DNA of 64,000 nucleotides, taken from assembly GCF_000281045.1 (NCBI RefSeq), contig NW_008246083.1:227219-291218 (forward strand), read 5' to 3'. The stretch comes from Saprolegnia diclina VS20 (taxonomy: Eukaryota). The notes below the pieces were generated by a model. That model saw only the letters and a program-made list of their open reading frames with translations, was not told where the DNA came from and did not search any database. Of the stretch, positions 51,704-63,669 are shown piece after piece. Every line of letters starts with the position of its first letter. The first letter of the stretch is position 1. The position numbers and the translations under genes were made by a program.

Positions 51704-53074
51704 ATGGTGCGTCAAGCACTCAGCATGGTGAGCGGCAGTGGGAAGCGCGAGCCCGATGGGCCGGACGGCGGCCCGCCCGCCAAGCGCGCCAAGGACATGA
51801 GCGTAGCATCCAGCGACGCGGTTCTTGCCGAGGACGATGCGGAAGATCGGAAGCGACGCGCCATGGCACAGAGCCGCGGGCGACGACCGTCCGTGAGGTA
51901 CGAGGTCCATCTGCCACAGCCCACCGCATCCTCACGACGCCATAGCTCGGGCAGCCTCCAGAACGCCGCCATGGCCGGCCCCAAGAAGTTTGTACCCAAG
52001 TCGGACGACGCCATCGAGCGCATCAAGCGGGCGGTCGCGAGCAACTTCATGTTCAACTCGCTCGACATGGAGCAGCAGCGCGACGTCATTGGCGCGATGG
52101 AGGAGAAGGTCGTGCGCCGAGGCGACGTCGTCATCAACCAGGTGCGAACGTCCGAAGCGGCGCATCTCATGCATGGCGCGTAGGGCGAGGAAGGCGACTA
52201 CTTTTACGTGATTGACGACGGCGAGTTTGACGTCTTTACCCGCGCGACTGGCCTTGCGACGCCCGTCTGTCACTACGTCAAAGGCAACACGTTTGGCGAG
52301 CTCGCGCTCATGTACAACAGCCCCCGCGCAGCCACGGTGGTCGCCACGACAGACGCAGTGCTCTGGGCGCTGGACCGGGACACCTTTCGACGCATCATTG
52401 TCACGGCGAGCAAGCTGCGGTCGCAGGTACGACCTACTACGTACTGCATATGCACCAAGATGACGGGATAGAAATACGAAGCGCTGCTGGCCAACATGGA
52501 GCTCATGTCGCACTTGACGCGGCCCGAGGTGTCGATCATCGCCGACGCACTCCAGCCCGCCACGTACCGCGCCGGCGACGTCCTCATCCGCCAAGACGAC
52601 GACGACTACCACACGTTTCATTTCTACCTGCTCCTGGACGGCGAATGCAACTTTGTGTATTCAGACGAGGACGGCGCGAGCTCGGTCGTGGGCTCGGTCG
52701 GGCCGGGCGGCTACTTTGGCGAAAAGGTAATGGGCCGATAAGCCTTCGAGTAAGTTGGTCATCGATGTCCGTAGGCGCTCACGGAGAAGTCCAAGCGCGC
52801 CGTGAGCGTCGTGGCGGCGACCGACGTGACCTGCTTGTCGATGGACGTGGCGACGTTTGAGCGGCTCATGGGCCCGTTCCAGGAGATCTTTGCGCGCCAG
52901 ATCACCAACTACCCGAACGCGAGCGAGGTTCACTTTGCATTGCGCCAGACGCGAACCGGTCTTTAGTCGTCTCGTGAAGTAGAGAGCACTAGCTCGTAAG
53001 ATCGAACGCGGGCGCCCGCCGCTCGCCAAACAACTGCCTCCTCGACGTCGCCGAAAGCAAAGCAAAGGACGCTA
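51704..53074 (+). CDS. cAMP-dependent protein kinase regulatory subunit-like (two cyclic-nucleotide-binding domains)
   Basis: Inhibitor-site-like RRPSV; CNB-A VINQ|GEEGDYFYVI...FGELALMYNSPRAATV; CNB-B YFGEK|ALTEKSKRAVSV...FERLMGP. Start (51704 or 51725) and last exon (stop at about 52966 or 53074) are uncertain. Confidence 0.85.
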
Positions 53075-53431
53075 AGAGACCCAAGCGACGTGTGCTCTCT
53101 CTTCCTCGCCCTTGCGACTCGGCATCATAGTACAGTGTACTGTCGTCCTTAGCCAGGTTGACATCCCGAACACTGTGACTCTGCGGCTTGGTAGACGTAT
53201 CTGAGCGCGCCTCTGGTGCCATGGGCCAAGGACACCACGGCGCCGATGGTGACAGTCGCTGGAGCTGGACGCGAGATGAGCTGGTGCCACGATCGCCAGG
53301 CAACGTGATCGGGCGGCCTGTCTGCGTCAAAGTAAAAAACGCATGGTCGTTGGGAGAGGAGGGGTTAAAGTAGGCGTTAAAGAGGTCGAAAATAATGGAT
53401 CGTCCCGGCAGAGTGGCAAGCAATCGGCAGC

Positions 53432-54735
53432 ATGAAGCGGGAGCTCGATCGGCCCGACGAGGCCCCGCCCGCCAAGCGCGCCAAAGACGGAAGCCGGCGC
53501 ATCCACTTCGCCGACGTGTCGGTCGTCCTCTTCGATGAAGCGCTGCCTGTCGTCTCCCGCTTCGGCGGCTACCGCGTCCCGACGTCGCCGACGCAGCACG
53601 CCCGCCACGAGACCAAGGAGCGCGACGTCCGCGCGCTCGACGAAGCGACCTCGCTGGCGCACGTCCACGCTACGGAGCTCCGCGAGACGATCCGCCATGT
53701 CGGTCTCGGCATCGATCCGGTCTGCGGCTGCGACGACGTAACCGCGCTGCAAGCCCAGCTCGACCTTCTGCAGGACGCCCGTCTCGAAGCAACGATCGCC
53801 TTTGGCGACGTCGACGGTAGCGAAGACGACTCTGCCTCGGGTTCGCGCTTCTTCCAGGGCAAGGAGCTCCTCTCGGGTCACATTGGCAGCGGCTACGTCT
53901 TTGGTCACCGCTTCGTGACGCTCGACCAGTACATCATGACGATGGAGGACATTGAGATCGCGTCCTTCCTCAAGTCGCATGACCGACCCGTGCCAGCGTT
54001 CAAGCTCCCGACAAAGGCAGAGAAGAAGGCCAAGGTCGACCCGACGCAGCTGACCGCGATGCACTTTATGAACCAAGGCAAGCCATTGGACGCGCTCGCG
54101 CTCGACGAACTCCAGCTCGAGTGCACGATCCGAGGTATGTTTGATCTTGCGTCCCGCAAGCGCGTCAAGAAGAAGCTTCTCGTTCAGAAGCTCCGGGTAC
54201 GCTCCAACGTCAAGTGCATCTTAACGTCATGAGGATGCTGTCTAGCCCATCTTTGAAGACGAGTATCACATGCGCATGGCCGAGCAGCGTCAGCGCACCG
54301 CCATGGAGGACGCCGCCTTGGGTAGGCATCTATCTCTCCTTCGTACATTCAAGGCTCAGGACTGGAGTAGAGATCCTCGAAGCTGCGAGTACTGCCAAGA
54401 TGCGCGCCTGCTTGCATCGTGCTTTGGTCAAGCGCTTGGCGTCCCCGATGCACGATGAGAGCGACGTGACGCCGGCGTCACTCTCGGCCTTGTTCAAGCT
54501 CGTGGTGGCGCAGCACCTCGATGGCCTCCATTGCTCGTGCCCAGTGCCACTCGCCGTGCCCGAGGCGGTCCCTGTGATGGCGAAAGACGACGTAGCGATG
54601 GCGGAGGAAGCGGCGACGGAGCCGGAGCCGTGCCCGTTGGAAGCGACGACACCAGAGCGCCCCGAGACCACCAATCAAGCGTGCGTCTCGGCGCCTGTTG
54701 ACGAGGTGCCCGTCGCCAGCACTGTCGAAGCTTAA
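53432..54735 (+). CDS. Putative nuclear protein with an RVxF-like motif and a SAP-like helix-extension-helix motif
   Basis: MKRELDRPDEAPPAKRAKD, RRIHF, LDALALDELQLECTIRGM...KKLLVQKLR. Two introns link to a C-terminal exon ending VASTVEA*. Confidence 0.65.
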
Positions 54736-55194
54736 ATAGATGATGATTGTCGACGCCTCCCGTCGTGCGTTGCAGTCTTCCGTGGTGACGACCCCGCACG
54801 TTGTCACGTGGTGCGGCGCATGCGAGGAGGTGGTGTGACGCGATAGTTTGCAGCAGCGACGGGGCGGTCCGCCATGTGCCAGGCGGGTGCGCGCACCCGT
54901 CCGCACCCGCGTGCCAGCGCCCAAAGATACGGAGGACCCGCCATGGACCAAGCACGAGACGGGTCGTCCTGCATGTCCTGCATCGCCGGTCGGCCGCCTT
55001 TCTCGCCGGCGGTCGTCTTCGGGTTGCACCCAAGATTCAGCTTTGGATTATAGCCAATGGCCTTGCGCTTGCCCATCTCGCCGCTATGTGATTGGCTTGA
55101 CGCAGATTTGGCGCGTGTTTGATTGGCTGGAAAGTGGAATCTACCATCCAAAACAGCAACTAAAAAATATACCAAAATAAATAAATTCGTCCTG

Positions 55195-56620
55195 ATGCTC
55201 GAGGCCGACCACGAGACGACGGGCTGCCCGACGACGGCCGAGCTCGAGGTCTACAACTTTGACGTCGCCAAGTACAAGGGCGGCGCGTACCGGCTCGTGA
55301 CGGCCGTCGACCCGCTCGTGCACCTCAGCGGGCGCTTCCTCCGGTACGGCGAGACGGGTCCGCGCAAGACCAAGGTCAACGCCGTGCAGTTCGACTGGCC
55401 GCACTGCGGCTTCACGCTGCGCGTCGTGGGCGCGACCACGGTCGCGATCCGCCTCAAAGGCGAGGGCAACTACTTCAACGTCTTTGTCGACGGCGCCTTC
55501 CGCTGCATCCTCCGCGCGTCGCTCAAGGCCACGTGCTGCGAGATCGCCCACTTTGACGACGGCGGCGAGCATGTCGTGTACGTCGCCAAGCGCACCGAGC
55601 CGCAGATGCGTGGCGCGGTCTCGACCTTCAAGGTGTGCACCTTTTACGGCTTTATCGTCGACCGGACGGCCGAGGTGCTTCCGTACACCCCGCCGACGTT
55701 GCGCAAGATGGAGTTTATTGGCGACTCGGACACGTGCGGCTTTGGGAACGAAGGCGCCGCGTCGCACAACAAGGCCTTCTTCGGCATGAAGGGCCGCATG
55801 GAGAACGTCTACAACGCGTACCCGTGCATCACGTCGCGCCTCTTCAACGCCGAAGCACACGTCTTGGCGTGGAGCGGGTCGGTCCCTCATCTCGCGTCGC
55901 GTTCGATACGACCGTGCCATTGTAGGAAGGGCGTCCACAGCAACTCGGTCGACTGGGGCGCCAACATGAGCGCCATGTGGAAGAACACGATCGCATCCCG
56001 CGACGGCCAGTGGGATCTCCAGAGGTATATCAATGGAGAATATTGTCTGCAGCCTTCCCAACGACAATGTAGCTGGATGCCGGACGCAGTGATCATCAAC
56101 TTGGGCGGCCAAGACCTCTTCCCGCCTGCGTCGTCCGAGGCCGACATTGTCGGCGCGTACACGGCGCTGCTCGAAGACGTTCGCTTGCGTACGGATCTCG
56201 TTTCCGAAAAGTATCAATGTGTCAAGTAACCGGGGTGTAGATCGACCGGACGCGCATATTTTCTGTGTGGTTTGCGATGAAAACTGTACGAGCGGCGAAG
56301 AAGACGAGCTCAACCGGAGCCGCATGTCATTGCAGCTGCAAGAGATCACCAAGGTGGCCATGTCGCGCGTGCGCAAGATGGATCTGCGCATGCACTACTG
56401 CTTCCTCCGCATACCCGGGGGCATGGACGACGCCGACTTTGCCAACATGCGCCACTACGCGGTGAGCGGCCACGTCAAGTTTGCGCAAGCGCTCGCAAAA
56501 GAGATCGCGTTCCGCACCGAGTGGCCTCTCGCCATCGACGAGATCGACACGATCCCGTACCCGCAGTCCAAAGACCAGATCCTCGTGCCGGAGAAGGGCT
56601 CCAACTGCGCGATTTGCTAG
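55195..56620 (+). CDS. SGNH hydrolase, carbohydrate esterase family 2 (CE2)-like
   Basis: CE2-like N-terminal beta domain (SGRF, FDWP, VFVDG, KRTE), block I EFIGDSDTCGFG, AWSG|KG, PDAVIINLGGQD, MRHYAVSGH. Three introns. Confidence 0.8.
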
Positions 56621-56663
56621 ACAACCCTGTTCCCTCTTATACTATATACACCTTTGCTACCAC

Positions 56664-59009
56664 TTACGTTGCGTCGGACGTCACAGCGTCTTGCACTAGG
56701 AAGCGAGGACACGACGCTAGCGGTGCCAAAAAGGCGCCGGCCCATCCGATCGGACGGAGGACGTACCGCCCTGGCGCCATCGGCGACCACATGGACTGGC
56801 GCGTCTGTGCGACAAAGGTCAGCGGCGTCTCGGTGTAAATGGCGGTGGATGCGACCGCTGCCGACGGCGTAAACACCACCGTGTCGCCCAATGCCCGCAC
56901 ATTGGTGTAGCAGGATGATGACGCGTCGACGTCGTCTTCGAGCGGGTCGGTGCCGAGTGCGAGGTGCCCGAGGTGCGCCGACACGGGCTGTGGCGCGTCG
57001 TGGAGGTTGATGGCAGCCACGCCGATGGCGACGATGGTCTTGCCGTCCCAGAGCTGGCCGCCGACGTAGTACGTTCGCGTGATCCAGCCCGAGGTCGCGT
57101 GCGTGGTCTCTGTGCTGGCTGCGTACACGGTGCCGAGGGCCGACCGACCGACGAGCGGCGAGAGGCGCTTCTTCGGTGTCGACGACGCTTGCGAACTGCG
57201 CAGCATCAAGTGCTCTTGGCGCCCCGCGATCCAGAGCACGAGGTTCAGCGCAACGTTGGGCGTCCAGTTGAGGAACGAGTAGCGCACGCAAAGGACTTTT
57301 CGGGGCGTAAATTGAACGTCGGTCGGCAGAATGTCGAGCATCGCATTGCTCTTCGGACCCACGGTGCCCTACGCATATGTAAGCTGAGGTCGTGGACGCA
57401 CGAAGCAGGCGACCTCGATGAGCAGACTCGTGCCGCCGAGGTACGCGACGTGCGTCGAGAGCGCGGCGGTGAGCGTGCCCTTCATCTTCATCGCAATCGA
57501 CTTTGGCTGGAGGTCGATACGGCCCGGGTCGCGCCAGAGTGCTCGCGACACGACCTCGCCATGCAGCGAGAGGTGGTCGCCATGCCCCGCATCAAAGCTC
57601 GTTGCGATCGCGTTACGTCGGGCGTGCACGGGCCCGAGCGACCGCCACGTCGACGGCCAAAAGGCGTCTTGGCTGGCCTACGCGCGGATCAAATCTTTCA
57701 CTCGTCATAGTACCAAGTGCGTACGGTGGCGTCGATCGAGATGGAGACGCCGGCGAACCGAAGCGACCGCGCCTGCAAGTCGACGTGCTCCGCCATGTGG
57801 ACGAAGAGCGGGATGTCGGGAAACGCTTTCTTCAGCGAGAGAACCGTCTTGGGGCTACTGTCGCCCACCCAGACCAGCCCGTCGACATGACGTGGCACCG
57901 ACGCCGTCTCAGCAGTACTCCAGAGCACGCGCGAGGTGGTACCGCGCAGCCGCGGCAAGAGAGCGTGCACTGCCGGTGACGGCGGTGGCATACCCGTGAC
58001 GACCCAGCCGTCGAGCTGGAGTCGCTGCGCAATGGCCAGCAGCAGCGATGCGAGAGTCTACGACAATATGTTCACAATCGCAAGAGTATTGGACGCTACT
58101 GTGAGGTCCTCGTCCGTCGCCCACGTGGCGTTAGCAGTGGCCGACCACGTGAGCGTCCCCAGCACGGCCACGCCGTTGGTGTGGGCGGCATCGACCCACC
58201 CGGGCGCCGGTAGCGTGAGGACGTCGGTCGCCTCCAAAGGGTGGGCAACGAGCACGTCCATGACATCCCACGGGTACTCGGTCACGGTCTGCACCACAGA
58301 TGTGAGTCGCCCGACGAGCCACGATGCCACGTACCGGCGAAAACGAGACGAGGAGCTGGCTGCGGTTCGCGCTGCTCTGGCCATGCGGTCGCGACGCCAG
58401 TGGCACAATGCTCGGTGCAAGGACGCTAGCCTTAAAGGTCGCGCTGCGTAGCTGCGCCATTGTCAGCTGGGTCTTGACGCAGGGCGCCACCACCGTGTGG
58501 TCGCCCAAGGTCACGATCGGGAGCAGAAGCTCATCGTCGGCTCGAGGTGGCAGCGTCACGTGAAGACGCTTCCCGAGCTCGCCCGACCGATACATGGCCT
58601 CGAGGAGCGCGCTGCTGCCAATGTACTGGCCGTTCTCAAAGAGAAACTCGGTGCAGTCGTCCGTTGACGCGCCACATGCCCGCACGACGGCCAGAATGCC
58701 GGCCTTGCCCGCAATGCGCGTCAGATCGACATGCAGCACGTCGACGCTGGCACGGTTTAGCAAGGTGCGGATCGTACCGGGCGCGGCAACGGTAGAGAAA
58801 AGGACGCGCGGCGCGGCGGCGGTTTGCGCCCGGACAAACGTCTCAAACTTGGTCGGCGCCACTGGCTCGTCGACTGGCGGCGGCGGGCGCTGCGCTAGGA
58901 CATACCACGCCAACGAGATGGTACCGAGGAGTAGCGCGACTATGATGGCGATCCACGCGTCCAGGGCGCTGGCGGCGTCGTCGAGGACGGCGGTGGTGCT
59001 GTCCTCCAT
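56664..59009 (-). CDS. TM + glutaredoxin-like + degenerate GH85 (ENGase-like) protein
   Basis: TM WIAIIVALLLGTISLAWYV; Grx-like LFENGQYIGSSALLEAMYRSGELGKRL; GH85-like SIVPLASRP, WDVMDVLV, LPAPGWVDAAHTNGVAVLGT, LAIAQRLQLDGWVV. Multi-exon, internal boundaries approximate. Confidence 0.7.
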
Positions 59010-59039
59010 GCGTGTGACTTTGACGATACTAGCAGTCAG

Positions 59040-59070
59040 TACTGATTGGTACGTGCGAGCCAATCAGAAA
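59040..59070. promoter_or_regulatory. Opposed CCAAT boxes in a short divergent intergenic region
   Basis: ctgattgg and gccaatcag lie between divergent starts at 59009 and 59349. Similar boxes precede other starts (about 2332/2388, 26276-26325, 30316, 55090-55125). Confidence 0.4.
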
Positions 59071-59348
59071 CCGTCACGTGGCAGCGTGTGGATCCAAGAC
59101 GTCCTCCAGGAGCCGCGTCGCCGTCGTGGCGTGCGATGGAGAAATAGCGCCGGGCTCCCTCGATACCCCTTGTACTAGAAACATACCGTTTGCATTCGGT
59201 ATCGCCCGTGCCATGTCCTTCGAGCATGTCCCTTGGCGACAGGAATCGAGTAAAACCCATAAAACGCACTTGAAACAGTGTTTCGAGACACTGTTTGCCG
59301 CGAGAACATGGCGTTCGGATAAGAACGGACTGTTTTTTAGCCAGCGCG

Positions 59349-60677
59349 ATGGAGGTGGGGACGACGACGTCCGCGGCCGACAAGTACCGCGCGTCGTTGC
59401 GCCTGAACGCAGAGACGGTGGCCATCTCGCGCGAGGTCGCGTCGGCGCTCGTGATGCAGTCGGGTACGCAGCTCCAGGGCGTCGCTGCCAGCTCACGCCT
59501 GCCCCATGTAGAGCAACTTGACCAGACCGAGACCGCGCTGGACGTGACGCAGCACGTCGTCGAGCAAGCCAACTACGTCGTGCGGTGCGCAGCAGCGCCA
59601 ACGTCGTTGACCTCATGATGGCGAGCGTAGCGGCATGTCCTGGTCGGGCTGGCTCGCCAACAAGTTTGCAAAAGAACCTTCGTTGGCGCATCCGCCTGCG
59701 TCGGCGCCATCCAAAGAGGTACGTCGTTGGCGGCGCACATCAATACTGTCTGACGCTCTGTGCTAGATCGCGATGGGCTTCATCTGCCCCGAGTGCCGCG
59801 TCGCGCAGGTGTCGCAGCACGCGCTCATGGAGCACTACGAGGCGGCGCACACGTCGCTGCCAGGTCGATCATCTCAAAAGCATCGGGCTTGCCTACCAGC
59901 TTCATGCATGTAGCTACGGCGTCCTTGCCATCAAAGAGAAGCGATGACCAAGACGACGTCTTTGCGTCGGACAATGGCCTCACAAAGGAGCAGGCTGCAT
60001 ACCTCGCGGCGCTCGGGCCGCAGCTTCTTGAAGTACTTACCCCTTGCGCCTGCACTGTATTCTCATTGCTCATGTAGCTCAAGCACGCGTCCAAGGGCAT
60101 TTCCAACCACCTGGATATGCAGCTGGCGCAGATCGACCGCATTGAGGCCAAGTCGGAGAAGACAAAGGATGACATGCGGCTCGTGACGGCCAAAGCCACC
60201 AAGCTCACGAGCTCGCTCCTCACGATTTCGCCGCAGTTTCGCTGCGCGTTCCAAGAGCTCACGACGCAAAAGTTCGTCGCCAACGTCAACGGCGACCCTC
60301 TGGTTTGGTGCGTGAGCTCGGCAGAAATCATCTGATCGAAGCGTAGTAAGGACGCGGCGTCGGCCGACTGCCTCTTCCGCGCGTACACGCTGGCCGACAG
60401 CACCGACATGTGGGGCTTCAAAAGCGAGAGCTCAGGGCTGTTTCTCGGGCTCAACGCGCTCGGCGCCATGCGCATCCAAGGCGCGGGGCTCAAGTCGTAC
60501 GAGCAGTTTGCGATCGACGTCTCTCGTCCTGAGACGACGCTGTTCAGCTTTGCGAGCTGCTTTGGCCTTGGCGGCTGGGTGAGCATGCGCCCGGACGGCT
60601 CGCTCTTTTGCGTCCGCCGCACGAGCACGAATAAGGACTTGGCCGCGCTCTTCAAACTCGTGCGTGTCGAAGGCTAG
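59349..60677 (+). CDS. SNAP-25/29-like Qbc-SNARE with internal C2H2 zinc finger and C-terminal fascin-like domain
   Basis: Spliced Qb ALVMQSEQLDQTETALDVTQHVVEQANYVVRGMSWSGWLANKF; GFICPEC...LMEHYEAAH; Qc LELKHASKGISNHLDMQLAQIDRIEAKSEKTKDDMRLVTAKATKL; WGFKSESSGLFLG...YEQF. About six GT-AG introns. Confidence 0.8.
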
Positions 60678-60957
60678 CTGTCGACATCTTTATTATCTAT
60701 CTATCCTGTCCTTCAGTGTCGTTTATATGTCGATACGATCTCCAGCCGATGGGACTATATGTAAGAGTCTACAGAGCACAAGACATTATTGTCAGTGGAA
60801 GCATTGCCCTCGTCCACGATTTAGCGAATAGAAAATAGAAAAAGGCAGTCCCGTGATCAGCATTATTGTCTTGTTTAGGGTTACCGTTAACTCTGTGTCT
60901 TTGAGTATATAACTAAAGTGGATCCCTAGTATATGTATTCTATTGATGAGAAATAGC

Positions 60958-61376
60958 NNNNNNNNNNNNNNNNNNNNNNNNNNNNNNNNNNNNNNNNNNN
61001 NNNNNNNNNNNNNNNNNNNNNNNNNNNNNNNNNNNNNNNNNNNNNNNNNNNNNNNNNNNNNNNNNNNNNNNNNNNNNNNNNNNNNNNNNNNNNNNNNNNN
61101 NNNNNNNNNNNNNNNNNNNNNNNNNNNNNNNNNNNNNNNNNNNNNNNNNNNNNNNNNNNNNNNNNNNNNNNNNNNNNNNNNNNNNNNNNNNNNNNNNNNN
61201 NNNNNNNNNNNNNNNNNNNNNNNNNNNNNNNNNNNNNNNNNNNNNNNNNNNNNNNNNNNNNNNNNNNNNNNNNNNNNNNNNNNNNNNNNNNNNNNNNNNN
61301 NNNNNNNNNNNNNNNNNNNNNNNNNNNNNNNNNNNNNNNNNNNNNNNNNNNNNNNNNNNNNNNNNNNNNNNNNNNN
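60958..61376. other. Assembly gap (N run), AT-rich left flank
   Basis: Run of n. Confidence 1.
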
Positions 61377-61474
61377 GTCCATATATAGCGACCGGATTTA
61401 ATGCCACCCACGTAGCCAATCAGCGACGAGTCGAACGTCAAGCGACCCCAAATCTTCATTTGGCTTTCGACCTC

Positions 61475-63627
61475 ATGCAGCTCCAAGCGTCTGTCCTCTC
61501 GGCGCTGGCGCTGGCCGCGCACGCCTACACGACGCTGCCCTTTGACGGCTGGTACGCGTGCAACATGAACTCGATCGGCAGCGGCTACAGCATGGCGCAG
61601 ATGGCGGCGACCAAGAGCCACCTGCCGCGCGTGCATCTAGAGGCCGACGCCTTTGGCCAGCGCCGCCTCGACGCCACGACGGGCTACGAGTGCGGGCAGT
61701 TTGAGCTCCCGCTGTGCCACAAGGAGGTGTGCACCGACCCGCGCGGCCAGACCATCGATGTCTTTGTCAAGCGAAAGCTGGCCAACCCGGCCAAGGTCAC
61801 CATTGGCACCGAGAAGGTGTTGTGGGTGCTCCAAGGTGGCCCGGGTGACTCGTCCACCGCCAGTACGCACGCCGGCTTCTACCATATCGTGTGCTAACGG
61901 TGCTCTGTAGTGGAGACGCTCATGGCCAACTTGTACTTTGAAATGAACGAGACCGTGACGCTATATACGATGGACCACCGCGGCACGGGCCGCAGCAACC
62001 GCCTCGAATGCAACGCTGTACGACGTCACATACTCAACGTCTCTCATCTCACACAATATAGGCGGCGAGCATGCAGTCGGGCAGTCCGGGCGGCGTGAGC
62101 ATCACAAACGAAGAATACCCCAACTGCATCAAGGACATTCTGTTCCAGATCCAGAATCACACCGAGGCGTTCTCCGTCACGAGCGCCGCGTACGACGTCA
62201 AGAGCATCATCGAGTCGGCGCAGGCGTCGAAGGAGGTGTACGTCTACGCGCTCAGCTACGGCACGTTCCTCGTCGAGCGGCTCATGCAGCTCCAGTCACC
62301 CGAGATCAAGGGCTACATCGTCGACAGCATCGTGTCGCAGAGCAGCCCGAGCTTCAAGAGCATGTCGACCTTCTCGAACTGGGACCGCGACGTGGCCAAG
62401 GTCGGCAACCGCTTCTTGGATCTCTGCCAAAAAGATGCGTTCTGCGGCGCCAAATTCCAAGGCCGGAACGTCACGGACGTCGCGTGGGCCGTCTACGACA
62501 AGCTGGACCGCGAGTACGGCACAAATGTCAACCAGTGCGCCGACCTCATGCTGCAGATCGGCGGCGCGCCGTCCCAGACGCTGCGGTCGCTCTTTGGCTC
62601 GATGCTCATGAGTCAAATGTACCGCGAAATGATCCCCGCGCTCCTCTTCCGCTTTGACCGGTGCGCGCCCAAGGACGTCAAGGTGCTCCAGAGCTTCATC
62701 GACATTTACATTCGCGAAGAAGGCCGGTGGGCGGCCAAGGCCTCGGACGAAGACCAGACCTTGTACTACTCGGAGCTTCTGTACGGGCTCATCGTCTACT
62801 CGGAGATGTGGGAAACGCCAACGCCGTCGCAGTCGGAGCTCAAGGCAACCTTCGACGCCGGGCTCTTTGGTGGCGCCACGTACTCGCTCGTGGAGCAGTA
62901 CTGTACGTTCACGGGGTCGCGCGATCCCAACTGCGCCGAGTTCAACCTCCCCAAGAGCCCGCCGTTCGTGTACGAGCGTGATCAGTACTTCAACAAGACG
63001 GCGAGCGTCCCGAGAGGCGCCACCGCGCTCCTCATGGCCGGCGGCTTGGACCCGCAGACGCGCTGGGGCTACGCGCGCGACGAGAACGCGTCGATGGTCG
63101 GGCCGCACCGGCTCATCGAGTTCCCGACGTCGGCGCACTGCACGACCTTTACGACTCGCATGAAGGCTGGCGGCACCACGTGTGGCGTCAAGATCCTCGC
63201 CTCGTACGTGCTCGGCGGCGGCAACCTCGACACGATCGACACGAGTTGCCAGTCGGACGTCATTGGCCTCAACTTTGGCGGCGTCGGCGCCGGCTGGCTC
63301 CGCTACTTTGGTGTGCTCGATGCCTTCGAGGACGATGCGACGGCGGGTGTGTTTGCCGCCGTCCAGTCGACGGCCGAGAGCGACGAAAACGATTCGCTAT
63401 GGGGCCTCGGCCAGGGCTACAGCCTCGCTGTGGCGTCGGCGGCCGTGGCCATGGGCGTGGTCGCCCTCGTCCTTGCCGTGCGCGTCTCTCGGCGCCAACC
63501 TGCACGGACAACAAAGACCACGGTGATGACAACCGAGTCGACCGAGAACGACGACGACGAGCTCATGACGCCGCCCGAGCAAGTCGCCGCGGTTGCGTCG
63601 CCGGCCGATACGGTCGCCATCGTTTAA
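61475..63627 (+). CDS. Secreted, membrane-anchored alpha/beta-hydrolase, peptidase family S33-like
   Basis: Signal-peptide-like MQLQASVLSALALAAHA; LQGGPG; DHRGTGRS; nucleophile motif ALSYGT; GGLDPQT; SAHCT; C-terminal TM LAVASAAVAMGVVALVLAV. Two introns. Confidence 0.88.
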
Positions 63628-63669
63628 GGTAGATAAGACATGCGTTTTGACATAGCCATGTACAATGTG

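Noticed and set aside
2411..60677. Apparent clustering of trafficking and cytoskeleton genes (ferlin, kinesin, COPB2, TBCA, formin, SNARE)
   Set aside because: These are common gene categories interspersed with unrelated genes; enrichment cannot be shown without genome-wide statistics.
60680..60957. AT-rich flank of the second gap as a mobile element end
   Set aside because: Too little sequence; no terminal repeat or coding signal visible.
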